DNA from: Spizellomyces punctatus DAOM BR117
Taxonomy: Eukaryota
NCBI GenBank assembly: GCA_000182565.2
Contig: KQ257455.1
Length of the DNA stretch: 64,000 bases
Direction: 5' to 3' (one strand)
In this document: positions 1 through 11,087 of the stretch, piece after piece
How the letters are laid out: each line of letters opens with the position of its first letter
How positions within the stretch are numbered: the stretch's first letter is position 1
Notes under the pieces: generated by a model
What the model was told of the DNA's origin: nothing
The model's input: the letters and a program-made list of their open reading frames with translations, nothing else
The model's database searches: none
Program-made: the position numbers and the translations under genes

Positions 1-180
1 ATCGTAGAAGAGAGAGACACGAAGAAGCTGTATGCAAGGAAGTACATCAACAAACAGCAATGCATAAGGATGCGGGCCGTACCAAACCTCTCTCGGGAGC
101 GAGCAATTTTGGAGGAGATAACCCATCCTTTCATCGTCAACCTTCGCTTCGCCTTTCAAGACGACATGAACATGTTTTTC
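1..180 (+). pseudogene. Fragment of an AGC-family (STK32/YANK-like) Ser/Thr kinase, N-lobe only; 5' end lies outside the window
   Basis: Frame 1 reads IVEERDTKKLYARKYINKQQCIRMRAVPNLSRERAILEEITHPFIVNLRFAFQDDMNMFF (subdomains II-V). Similarity stops abruptly after that, and no downstream exon with GGDL/HRD/DFG was seen. Confidence 0.65.
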
Positions 181-1249
181 GCCATGCGGTTCAGAAAACG
201 AGAACAAAAGGTTATCGGTGACCGCCTGTTGCATGACACAAAAGCGCTATATATTTATTTCCGTTTGCAGCCGAGCAGCCCGCATGCAATGTAAAACCCA
301 CTGCTGGTACGGGTGGGTAACGTTAATGCAGGTCACTGTTGCGATATGTACACATACGCCAGGCTACAAGTTGTAAAACTAAGTCTACTATACAAATACA
401 TATACATAATTTAACCCTAAAACACCTTGGACGTCCTAGATCACATGAAGATGTTTTGCGTGCGATCGAGTCGTATCTTGTCGGATTTTGAGCACTTAGG
501 GTTCGCGTGAATATCGGCAGGAAAATGGGGCAAATCGAAGCGTTTGTTTGCGCTTTTGAGTTTCACAATTGACGTTTCCCACGGTTTCCAAGCTATTTAA
601 ACCCCCCGTGGTTGGCGGCAATGCGCCAAACGTCGTGTATACCGCCATGCAGATCTTTTTTCCAGAAGTCAGAAGCCACCTCATCGAAACAATAAAGCGA
701 GATGGCCCACAGGTTTGCCAACCCAAGCGCGGTCTCCACTTGATCTCCATGATGGCCATTCCCAAAAGCGGCGTCGTGTTGGAAGAACTCCTGTTTTACT
801 TCGATCTCTTTGAGGAGAAGGACCAAACCCCAGTGAGCGCCTGCAGGCATAGAAACTGAGCGCTAGATCTCTGTAGACTTTTTGGGCCATGAGGAAATCA
901 CTGTCCTCTCCCCCACACAAATCATCAGCCGCTGGCAGCGCACTGCTTCCAAAAGCTTGCAAGAGGGAGTTGCGGAGGTAGATGCCACCAGCAATTTTTG
1001 AGGGCAAAGCAACGCAGGCAGACGCATTCCCATCTTAACCGAATACTTGCACTCATAAAATTGTTGGACAATTAGATGACAGAGGATTGGGCAGAACCGA
1101 TCTGTCTGCTGCAGAAGCTCACAGAAGGAGGCAGAGAGGGTGTTTTGCTTCAGCTCCATCCATGGAATCAATCTTTTTAGGAATATAGAGAAAAGTGCAT
1201 AATGGAGTTCGGATGGAGTGGAGCTTTGGTATCAAAAATTCCGGGGATT

Positions 1250-1298
1250 CAAAAAGTTCACAAAAAGTTCAAAATGAGCAACTTTTCTTAAAAGTTGC
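1250..1298. repeat. Tandem 11-bp direct repeat followed by a 9-bp-arm inverted repeat
   Basis: caaaaagttca at 1250-1260 and 1261-1271; gcaactttt-ctt-aaaagttgc at 1278-1298. Confidence 0.7.
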
Positions 1299-1373
1299 AC
1301 AGCTTTAAATAGCATCTTTTGTTGCCAATGTATCCAATGGTTGCATGCATTTCCAAGGTACCTTTATGCATAC

Positions 1374-2027
1374 ATGCATACAACCTTTATGCCGGCGAGG
1401 ACAACGCTCCCTTCGGAGCGTGCTGAATGCAGGCTCAGCACCATTGCCGGCAACAGCATGCATACGTCACTCGAACCCCTACGCTATGACCCAACTGTTC
1501 GAGGTGGACCATGGTACTGGGATACGGCTAATGACGTGCACTATGCACTCACCGAAAGCGAAGCATACGATGGTAGTCTAAGAAACCATACGCTGGAATT
1601 TGTAAGACTCAAAGATTTCTTTTGGCCTGGAGATATTGTTTCGTGGTTTGCAACTCCACACGACGATTGTAAGCGGTACAAGGGAGAATGCAGGGAGACG
1701 ACAGACAAGCCGGAGGTTGCTAAAGCCTCGTTGTCTATGTGGGCGCACACAAGTGAGATGAAAAGGAGACGGTCGGAGGACGATGATGACCTCGCTCTCG
1801 CCTATTTTCTTGAAGAGCTCTATGCCAACCCGCGAAATGAAAACAATGACGAATCAGAGAACGAACTCAATTGGGGGATAGTCCTTTCCTGCTTGAAGGA
1901 CCGCAATTTTGAGGGAGCCTTTTCTGCTGCCCGCCAGATATCTCACGGATTCCTTCGAAATCGAATGAGCAGAGACTTCTACTGGCCTGTCGATTTCACC
2001 GAATATCCTGAGTCGGGTAGCAACTAG
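1374..2027 (+). CDS. Orphan hypothetical protein (~217 aa, acidic, Trp-rich)
   Basis: Uninterrupted ORF with protein-like composition; first in-frame ATG at 1374. No motif recognised. Confidence 0.4.
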   Translation: MHTTFMPARTTLPSERAECRLSTIAGNSMHTSLEPLRYDPTVRGGPWYWDTANDVHYALTESEAYDGSLRNHTLEFVRLKDFFWPGDIVSWFATPHDDCKRYKGECRETTDKPEVAKASLSMWAHTSEMKRRRSEDDDDLALAYFLEELYANPRNENNDESENELNWGIVLSCLKDRNFEGAFSAARQISHGFLRNRMSRDFYWPVDFTEYPESGSN

Positions 2028-4491
2028 GTGACGGAATAGACCTGAGTAGTTGTTGGCCTTGGAAAGAATTTCGCGCGGTGAGCCTCCATCCATACAGAGC
2101 TGTGTTCGACTATGACGGACATCTCAACATTTTAACTCAACTCTTAGTGAAAGAAACGTGGGCAGGAAGTCCGAGAATTGGCCTACCACGCCAACATCAA
2201 CACATATCACAGCTTGACGGCCACATTGGCCAACCGGAGCTCCCGGGCGGTCATATTGCTGTACAATGTTCAGATGGGCACGAGCTAGCAGGCTATACGG
2301 GGTTATGATTGGGGACGTAGAGGAGGATTTTTCATTGGGATGGGGTAGAAGTCGATGCTGTGACATGGTACCGGGCTCGCTCAGCCGATGGGGACAACAT
2401 TCCGGATCAGAATAATCGCCGCAAAGTTGTCTCACTCGAGTAATTTCACGTTCTCTGACGAAAAGTATTGTTTGTTGTGTTGATACACTGTACACGGCCC
2501 TTGTACATTGATTAATGCCGGAATTGTACCCAACCGATGGAACAGAAGTGTTGGGTGGTTGATGCTGGATATCACTGCTGCATTCTCCCATGCGGTTTGC
2601 TTTATTATGTATGTGCCAGGAAAACGACGCGAGTGATCACCTCCCAGTTCCGCGAGGTCAGTTCATGCGTTTACAGAGACACATGAATATGACGAAAATG
2701 TAGGATATGTACTGGTGCCACTGAGCTTGCATCCACTGGGATTTGAACCCAGAGCAATTCCAGAGCAATTGAATAATAGTTAACTGACTGCGTACATCAA
2801 AATGGGAGGGTCTACTTGTAAATGGCTCTGGTCGGCCGTTTTGTCTCGTACTACTGCAGCGATATGAAAGGAATGTCAAAGAAAATGTAATATTCTACTG
2901 TAGTTCTGTAGGCTTGTTTCTTGCCAAAAAAGTCCATCTAAGAGGACGGTTCTATGGTTGTATGGCCTCCAAACCACGCGATGAAGATACCCAAGTCACT
3001 CATAATGGCGGGGCAATGACAATGGCCAAATGGACAATGCGGGATTTGTAACTTATCATGATCAACCAACATGTTGCATTTAGTACTCTGCATGCCCAAT
3101 CAGTCACTTGTCATCATACGCAGAATTTGTGTTTATCCCGGTAGGTCAGAGGAGAATCGCACACTCCCCCTTTCCTTTCTGTCCAGCTACTATGCATTTT
3201 GCTAGCTAGCTTTGCCAATTTCGGCTCCCCATTCTTCCTACATTGAATACCCCACTAGTGAACCCATCAGCGCTGGCGTCCTGTACGCATTCGCCATGTC
3301 CGCATGTGCCATGGTCAGGAGCATTTCTGAACAATTAAACTGGCATCTTGGTGGACGTGTTGGTATGCAATGTCATACAGCAGTTCCCTCCCGGCATCAG
3401 GAGTTACCCTTTTTTCAGTACTAACTTTAGGTTTTCTCATCCATGTCATTCCTGGCATTAGTCGCTGCGCGTGGCGGTTGTTGGACGTTTGATGGCAATT
3501 TCATGTACTCAGAGTCTCCGACATGACACGCGCGGGTGTTGGTTGTACGATTGGATGGCCGTATTCTGCACATGCATTGTGTGGACTTTCCACACATTGC
3601 CGACTTCCCATATTTTTGCGATGCCGGATAAGCCTTGCACACACTGCTGGGACTCTCTACGGGTGATGTACAGTTCGTTATGGGATTTGGACCATCCTTT
3701 TGCATCAGATGCCAAGGATATCCACAGCCATTTGGAAGTCAAGCGTCGCGCGGCTAGCAACAACACCGCGGCAAAGGCTTGATCACATATCCTCTAAAAG
3801 GATAGGTACCCTCCTGCCCATATTCTTTGAATAAAACATCCGCATAATCCAAGTCTGCCGTCTTACTGTCAGACGAATGGCGTCCCACACTTTGAAAGAA
3901 TTGCCAACTTATCCACCAAATCTTGGTATCCGTGTGGGTCCATCGCAGTGTTTTCCCACATAGGATGTCTGGGATTCCACCATCTTCTGACACAGAACTC
4001 TCGCGCACACACGTAGTCTGGCTGGTGTGGTACCAATCGGAGCGCTGTCGAAAAACTTCTATATCGCCGGAGACCGTCGTGTTTTGTATTCTCGGGATGA
4101 AAAGTCGTCTCCGCTATGGTTTTCTATGGAAAAAACAGCTCCGTTCTGTTGGAGAAAACGCAATTCTATACAGTTGTGCGTGCTATATGACGTTTTCGCT
4201 GGTTCTTGGCCGAAAAGAAGGCGCACAGTTTTACGTCTCTATACTCCAGGTAAACTTGTCACCGATTGTCCACCAAGTCGCAGTGCAGTCTTCCCCCTTT
4301 TCTTTGCGGAAACAGCATACAAAGAACAGATCACTTTGGACTGGAATCTCAAGGGTCAATGTATCTTGCAAAGAGACATACAGAGTTGTATTTTGAAACG
4401 ATGTGCAGAAGGGCTCCCGACAGATATGCTAACTACATACGCAGAGATACCGACATATCCAAGCACATATACTAGCGATGTGTTCTTTTTC

Positions 4492-4651
4492 CATGCAAAT
4501 ACTACTGCGAGATAGTTTCTCCTCTCATGCAAATACTACCCTGAATCTGCGAGATATTCCTAACCCTAACCCTCTTCTCTCATGCAAATACTACACTGAA
4601 GCTGCGAGATATTTTTCTTCTTTCATGCAAAATACTAGACTGAATCTGCGA
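4492..4651. repeat. Four imperfect tandem units (catgcaaatacta...ctgcgagata) with an embedded telomere-like CCCTAA tract
   Basis: Units start at 4492, 4526, 4581 and 4624; cctaaccctaaccct at 4559-4573. Confidence 0.8.
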
Positions 4652-4667
4652 ATTGTGTTCACTTGTC

Positions 4668-7600
4668 TTATTCGCCCCAACCAGCTTCATTTCCAGCGGT
4701 CGTCTGAATCGGCGCAGTCCCCTCAAACTCATCATGGATCGGATCTTGATCCTTCTTTCTGAGCCATTCGTTCAAGTATTGGACGACCCATTCCACTCTT
4801 TTTGTTCTTTGACAATTGACCATCATCTCCATTTCCTCTTCTTGTTGCCAGTGTATTATTAGGTTATGCATCCAGGCAGGTGCCTGGTCCTCCAATGTGA
4901 TCACCGCTTGCTGCGCACTGACGGAGTCGACCGAGAGAACGACTGGTGCAATGTCGGCAGTCTCGGTTATCGGGTCGATGGAGATTTTTTGCAGATTGTA
5001 AACCCGGACTTCCGGTGGGACGCTTGTTTCCTGTGCAGGATCGACGTTGTCCTCCCGTTCGAATACTCTGAGCAGATTTTTGTTGGACTGGAATATGGTT
5101 CTGATGTGGACGGCTCGTCCCACTTCAGGAAACCCTTCAGGCAGTTGCAGAACACCGTCTAATACAAAGCGCGCTCGGGTATCGCTGGATCCAGCAAAAT
5201 GTCCAGACTCTAAAACTTTGTCGTACGAGATCTGAAACGTTTGAATTTGGGTAAATGAACCTGAAGTACGGAAGCCACATATCATTGGCATTATACATAC
5301 CACCCTCATTCGTATGTCATTCGTAGGTCGCTCGACTTTATAGACGGCAGATTTAAGCCGTCCTTGGGTCCAAGTAAAGATCCGGTCGTCCTGGCCAGCC
5401 TTCCAGCACACGTTGGCGAAGAACGGGTCCGTCCGAAAGAGCTTAACGTCAATCACCATTAGAAGGCCGAGTCGAACGCGAGACAGGGCTACCAAGGCCC
5501 TTTTGTGTTCTGCCATGAAGCCGAGGTCATTGCTCCAAGCTGTACGCACCCCACTTAAGACTATGAGGTCATATTCGACCCCCATATAACCGTCCAGTGT
5601 ATTGACGTAAACGTCCGTGATTCCTTTCCTTAGCAGCTCGTTGACAATGATGCGTCGTTGTCCCAAGTATGGTACGAGCACGGCTACCCTTGACCGGATG
5701 TCGTCAGGTAACTTCGATATGATTTTACAAATAATCGCAGCTTCGGAGGTATTGTGGTACGACGTGCGATGGACGGGGTCCGGTTCTTCGGGCGACTCCC
5801 GAGTATGGAGGACTGCCAATCCTGTCGCCCAAGCATGACCTAAATGCCGATATCTTTTCTTCTGCCCATCCCCAAAAGGACGCAGCGTCGGCTCCTGCCA
5901 TCTCTCTTTCAAGTCTGGAGATGCCTTCATTGCGTTTGGCGACCCGTAATGGAACATAGAGAGAAGCTCCAGGACATATTGCGGTAGGCGATGTTGTTCG
6001 GTGAGCTGAAAGCAAGGGTAGCAACCTGTTTCCAGGCCGCGTTTCGAGTAAGGACTGGTTCAGCGGCGCAGTATCAGCCTGCGGTCGTTGCAATCTCGGT
6101 GGGATTTGGTCCTTATCGCCAAAAATGCATACGCAGGGGGCTCTAGCACATGCGGCTACGGTTGCAGGCTCGGTCATGGCACTACCTTCATCAATCAATA
6201 CTGCCTCGATCTCGATCTTTTTTAATAGGCCTTGCTTCGCCGCTTGTTGAATGTTGGCGGACGTTACAGTCGAGACAATGACATCCACCATGTCAAAGGC
6301 GTTCACCTTGAGACGTTCGACGAACTGGTCCAAGGCTGAATCTCTTTCCAACCCGCATTCTTTGGCTTCCAACCCGCTTTTTTTGGCAGGAATGAACACC
6401 GATCCTAAGCTTCGGGTCTGATTTAATGGCATCCAGGCGCCTGAGGATTAGTAGCGCAGAAGGATTTGTCGGCACTAAGACAAGGATCTTCTTGGTGTTA
6501 TCCATCCTTCGGGACGCAAATAGGTGCACAGCAGCGGTCAATGTGTGCGTTTTGCCTGCACCGGGGGGTCCTTGGATAGCGTACAGCGGTGGTCGCTGCC
6601 TTAAAGCGTACGTGATTGCTAGCGATTGCAGGTGGCTTAAGTTCCACGTCCTCCTGATCGAACTGGCCTCATCATTCAATTCCGCCTCGCGTTCTGCAGT
6701 GTACCAAGCAGGAAGGCCGTTTTCCTGGATGTCCTGATCGACAGTGTCCGGCTGGGCAACGACAGCGTTGATAAACGAGGGATTCCACTTCTTGGGAACT
6801 GCCTGCTCTTCTGATGGCGTAAACGACTCCAGTGTTTTGAGTGTCCGCAGTTGCCTGCAATGTTTACTGTCTAGTTAGCTTCCATAAACAAAATACCAAG
6901 GACATATAAAATGCACACACTTACATCAGACTAGGTACGTCTACCTCTTCAGGAAGATGCGGTGTACTGATGTTTCCCCATGCTAGCTCACGTCGTACTT
7001 GCCGTCGCCAGAATTTTGCATATCCTCGAAGACTGGCAAAGCTACCAAAAGAGGTGTTTTTTACAAAATTACTAAATAGCGTATGGCATAATATGCGTTT
7101 TGACTTACCTTTCTGGGTACGCGACTTCACTGAAGTCGTCTTTAGGACTCGTCACCACAGCATACAAGTTCTGAAGCAGTTTGTTCCGACTTGCAATGGA
7201 GCCTGCGTCTGCTGCAAATCCAATCTGCAGGAACATGTTAATAACATATTCTTCCAGAGAGGACGCTTTTCTTTGTATGTCGTCCGGATGAATCCGTTGG
7301 ATGAGTAAATCTGGGAGACGCCTCAGACCTTGCACGGCAACGTCGCGGTTAGGAAGGGGCAGTAGATCAACGATGGCCTGTCCGGAATGTCGCAAATCAT
7401 GGCCGTGTGAAGTGCACTCGAATTGGAGATCTTTTTCCGTAGTCCGTAATTCGAGAATGTTGTTGTTTCGCAGTCGGTCCGATTGCAGACGAGTGGAACA
7501 AACTCGCTATCGTTCTGCTTCCAAGCTATCGATACATTGCCAGTAGCTTGAATGTGGCGTACAATGTGTGTGCGGCGAATGCCGCCTTTTCTTTTCGGTG

Positions 7601-8472
7601 GAATGTACCCGTTACAGAACAGGTGTTCGCAGACTAGACATTTTACCAAGTAGCGGGTTTCCGCACATATCGCGCAGGACGACGGGTACACTGGTGCAAG
7701 TGGTGGAGCGTCGTAAGGTGCGAGCCGTGGATGACGTTCGTATTTAACAACCGCCTCTGGTTGTTCCTGCTTCTCATCTTTTTCCTCTCCAGGAACCTGC
7801 ACCACTTCTTCTTTTAAGTCGGCGGCATCCCACGTCCCACCTTCAGTCTCTTTGATATCCCAACCAGATGAAATGTTCTCTTTCTGGTTACCTCAACCAA
7901 TGCCCTCTTGCTGGATGCCGTGTACATTTTGGTCCGTATCCGCCTTTTTGTGCTCCTCCCGAGTGTCATGCATATCCTTCGGACTCAGGCTTACGTCCTC
8001 TCGGTGAACAGAGGGACCGGTGCTGTGCTGACCTTTGGGGGGAAGCTCGTCCTGAATGGCGTGTGCATATTGGTCCGTATCCTTTTTGTGCTCCTCCTGC
8101 GTGGCGGGCAGATCCTTTACGCGTTCGTCCTCTTGATGAACAGAGGGTCCGGTGCTGAACGGAACTCTGGGGGGAAACTCTGGACGAAAACAGGGTGAAG
8201 AGAGACACCAGGGCTGAACGTGTCGATGTACGGGTCTGACTGGGGATACAGGCGACCTGATATCATCTGGGCATGGACTGGGGGATACAAGTGTAAACAA
8301 GGCCATTAGGAAATGCATTTTTTGACTGGTGACCGACAATGCCAAACTTACCGGCCCTAATTTCGGTGAGCATGTCCATGATCATGCTGAACCTTGAATT
8401 GAACCGTTCTTCCAACTCTGTTAATTCCGACTTCAGTGCTGACATCTCCTCGGCACTAGGATTTTGTGCCAT
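4668..8472 (-). pseudogene. Divergent Upf1-like superfamily 1B RNA helicase with CH-type Zn-binding domain; disrupted by 1 in-frame stop and 3 frameshifts
   Basis: CH domain CAIC..VKCLVCEHLFCNG..THIVRHI; motif I IQGPPGAGKT; Ia ILVLVPTN; II VLIDEGS; III GDKDQIPP; SLLER..QLTEQHRL; SYHNTSEA; VAVLVPYLGQ; VNTLDGYMGVEYD; VI RALVALSRVR. Inferred GT-AG introns at 8351-8267, 7108-7042 and 6924-6867. Confidence 0.85.
7920..8160 (-). repeat. Internal ~140-bp coding duplication in the helicase N-terminal region
   Basis: Two copies encode STGPSVHQED..EEHKKDTDQ and STGPSVHRED..EEHKKADTDQ; ggtccgtatc at 7931 and 8072. Confidence 0.8.
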
Positions 8473-9667
8473 CTTGACTTGTTCATGCTGCCGCAAGATG
8501 ACTTTTCGAATGGAGAGCGGGAGATGGTTGGGGGGAGGGGAGACTAAATAGACTCTGAGTGTGGGAAATATTGTGACGTGTCGAATATCAGCCTCATCCG
8601 GAATCCCCCGCAATTTGCACATGAAATTCCCCTTCGTAGCCTTTTGACAGCTCTTCAAGTCGCGTTTTTCGACAGCCAATTCTTGCAAAAATAATAAATT
8701 ACGATGTAGAATAAAAACATGAACCAAATGCGTAGATATTCAACTTACAAGACCTGCCTGTATTGTGATAGCGGACCATCAATCTGCTTCTTTTTGACCA
8801 TTTTGTGATTGCAAAAGTGTTGCTGTGGGAGCTCAGTCGTTGACAAGATGGTTTTCAAAAATACGAGAAGAAGGAGGACCATCTGCAAGTGCTCGTCTCT
8901 TAAGCCCGCAATGCAACAGCCATTAGACTTTGGTGAGAAAGGATATCTCAGGGCACTCATTGGTTAAACATACAGCGTGCATGGCTGGTTCAACTATCCC
9001 TTCACAAGAAAGTTATTGATTAGCCTACTTTGTTGATATAGTTGCAGATACCCGCAGTGAATATGCAGATACATACTTATCCAGCTCTTCTTGCATACAT
9101 CAGATACATCATTTAGCACGCTTCCAGCCGTTCCTCCTCATCATACTTGTTAGGTTCAGCCTGTGTCAATTTGGTCTTCTTGCCTACGTCTTCTGTCATA
9201 AATTTGCCGAGATATTTAGCATTACATGTTTTAATGCAGCAACTATATAAACAGGGAAAGTGACACCGCAGATGCCATGGCACTCACTCTGGACAATCCT
9301 TCAAAAAGGTTATAGCTGTGCAACAAGTCTATTCTCTTCGTGCTTCTGCGTTCGGTGCTGCAGGGGCCTGTGTGCCGACAACCATGGTAGATTGTTGTGT
9401 AGTGAATTGAGGGGAGGCCTCTGAGAGGCGGAATAGTCGAATAAACTAGAATAGGGTTAGGTTAATGCTGCAGCAGACTGGGAAACTATGCGCACGCAGC
9501 AGGACTTTGCGTGCTTCGGTCTGCATTCGAAGGGGATTTGACATGCTGAGATCCGACTGGCAAGCGCACCGGTTCGACCAGTTTGGGGCTTCAGATATCG
9601 AAATGGCGAGCAGACAATCGCTAATAAAGGTCGAATCTCTCTTCTGACAACCGGATGCTCACAAACT

Positions 9668-10260
9668 TTACTCTTTATTGAAGATCTCCCGACACATAGT
9701 TAGGACAATACTTCCCCTTCCCGGATTTTTCACAAAATGCTCCAAAGCGATAGAGCGGATACAAAATACATCCCCCGCGCACAAATCAAACGCTGTCCTA
9801 CCGACTGCCCTTTAGAAAACGTACCGCAAACAGAGATACCGCGCCGTCCATCTCTCACAACCTTCAAACTCCGATGACGTTGGACCTTCACATTCAGATT
9901 TAACACCAACATTGGAAAATGTTAAAAGGATTGCAAGAGTTCCACCAGACTTGCGGCCACTTTCTTTCGTTATACTAAAAGGTCCCCATTTCGATGTCCA
10001 TACGCCAAAGTGATAGATACCCGGAATGCGCAAAACTCTATCATTAAAAGGAGAAATACGGGGATTAGTGGCTTTGTTGATGATTTTGTTAACAGGCTAC
10101 TTCTCCAAGAGCTTGTGAATTTCAGCCCAATTTTGGTGTTGTAAAGTCGAATCGAAGACTGCAGGGATGAAGCAGCAGAGTGCTTGTGATCTAGCAATAA
10201 AGAGGGCATCTGGAAACGGTGAAGAATCCATCCGCAGCATCGAACTCTGCTTCGTAATCC
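9668..10260 (-). pseudogene. Decayed TET/JBP-like 2-oxoglutarate/Fe(II) dioxygenase remnant
   Basis: Collinear minus-strand fragments in shifting frames: GIYHFGVWTSKWGPFSITKES; FPMLVLNLNVKVQRHRSLKVVRDGRRGISVCGTFSKG (HxD eroded to HRS); FDLCAGDVFCIRSIALEHFVKNPGRGSIVLTM, ending at a TAA at 9668. Confidence 0.6.
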
Positions 10261-11087
10261 GGATTCAGACGATCTTCATGCTCCTTGACTCAATCGTCAA
10301 GCATCCTTGTATTGGGACCCGGATTGTAGTGACTTTCGTAAAGCATGCAAGGAGCGGTGTAGATGCATGCGAAAGAAAATGTGTGCAGGAGAAATAAAAA
10401 GGAAGGAACATGAAAACATGCCTGCTTCCAGATCTGGACCTCTTTCCGCTTCCGCTTCGATGGGCCAAATCCTTCAATTTACCATCACACTACGCGGTTT
10501 GAATTCTCTCTGCCGGATAGTGGTGTTATCTGCTTTTTTGGACTGGGCCGGAGATGGCGTGCGGAAAAGGGAGTTTTTGAGTGAGGTTTCCTTCCCAAAG
10601 AGCCCACTCAGGATCGATAAATAATATCCTACTGCGTGACAGCACAAGAGTGACGGGGAAGGACGTGCAAAAGCGTTACTGCAGAACAGCACAACCGCTG
10701 GCCACGAGGGAAACCGACTGATGAATCTGGTAATGAAATGCGAAAACTTTGGGGCAAATAAAGTGTAAGTTTGACAGCAGATATGAGAACACCTTGTGCC
10801 GATTTCCTGTGTGTGTAATGTATATTTGTGTATTTCGACATGAATGCACAATGTATCTACCAGGAGCAAGCAGATCCTGGCAGTCGGAGGTCTGAACAAA
10901 GTCGGAGATGCTGTCACGTGGATAGTCGACTGATGGGCGTGCATAGTTGTTAATGACGTCAAAAAAGGACGCGGCTTGCGTCAGCCGCAGGTCTTTGTAT
11001 TTCCGCTCCAACATTAAAGACGACGACGGCTGGAAGAGATGGACGCACCCGTGTTTATACAGTATCTTTGGTACGACGCATACAATT

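Noticed and set aside
2078-4400. FunK1 kinase or Crinkler-like fragments (LVKETW, GWSKSH)
   Set aside because: Matches are too short, with no supporting downstream motifs.
4668-8472. Calling the helicase the canonical UPF1, or an endogenous nidovirus
   Set aside because: Far too divergent for the NMD ortholog; it has spliceosomal introns and no neighbouring RdRp.
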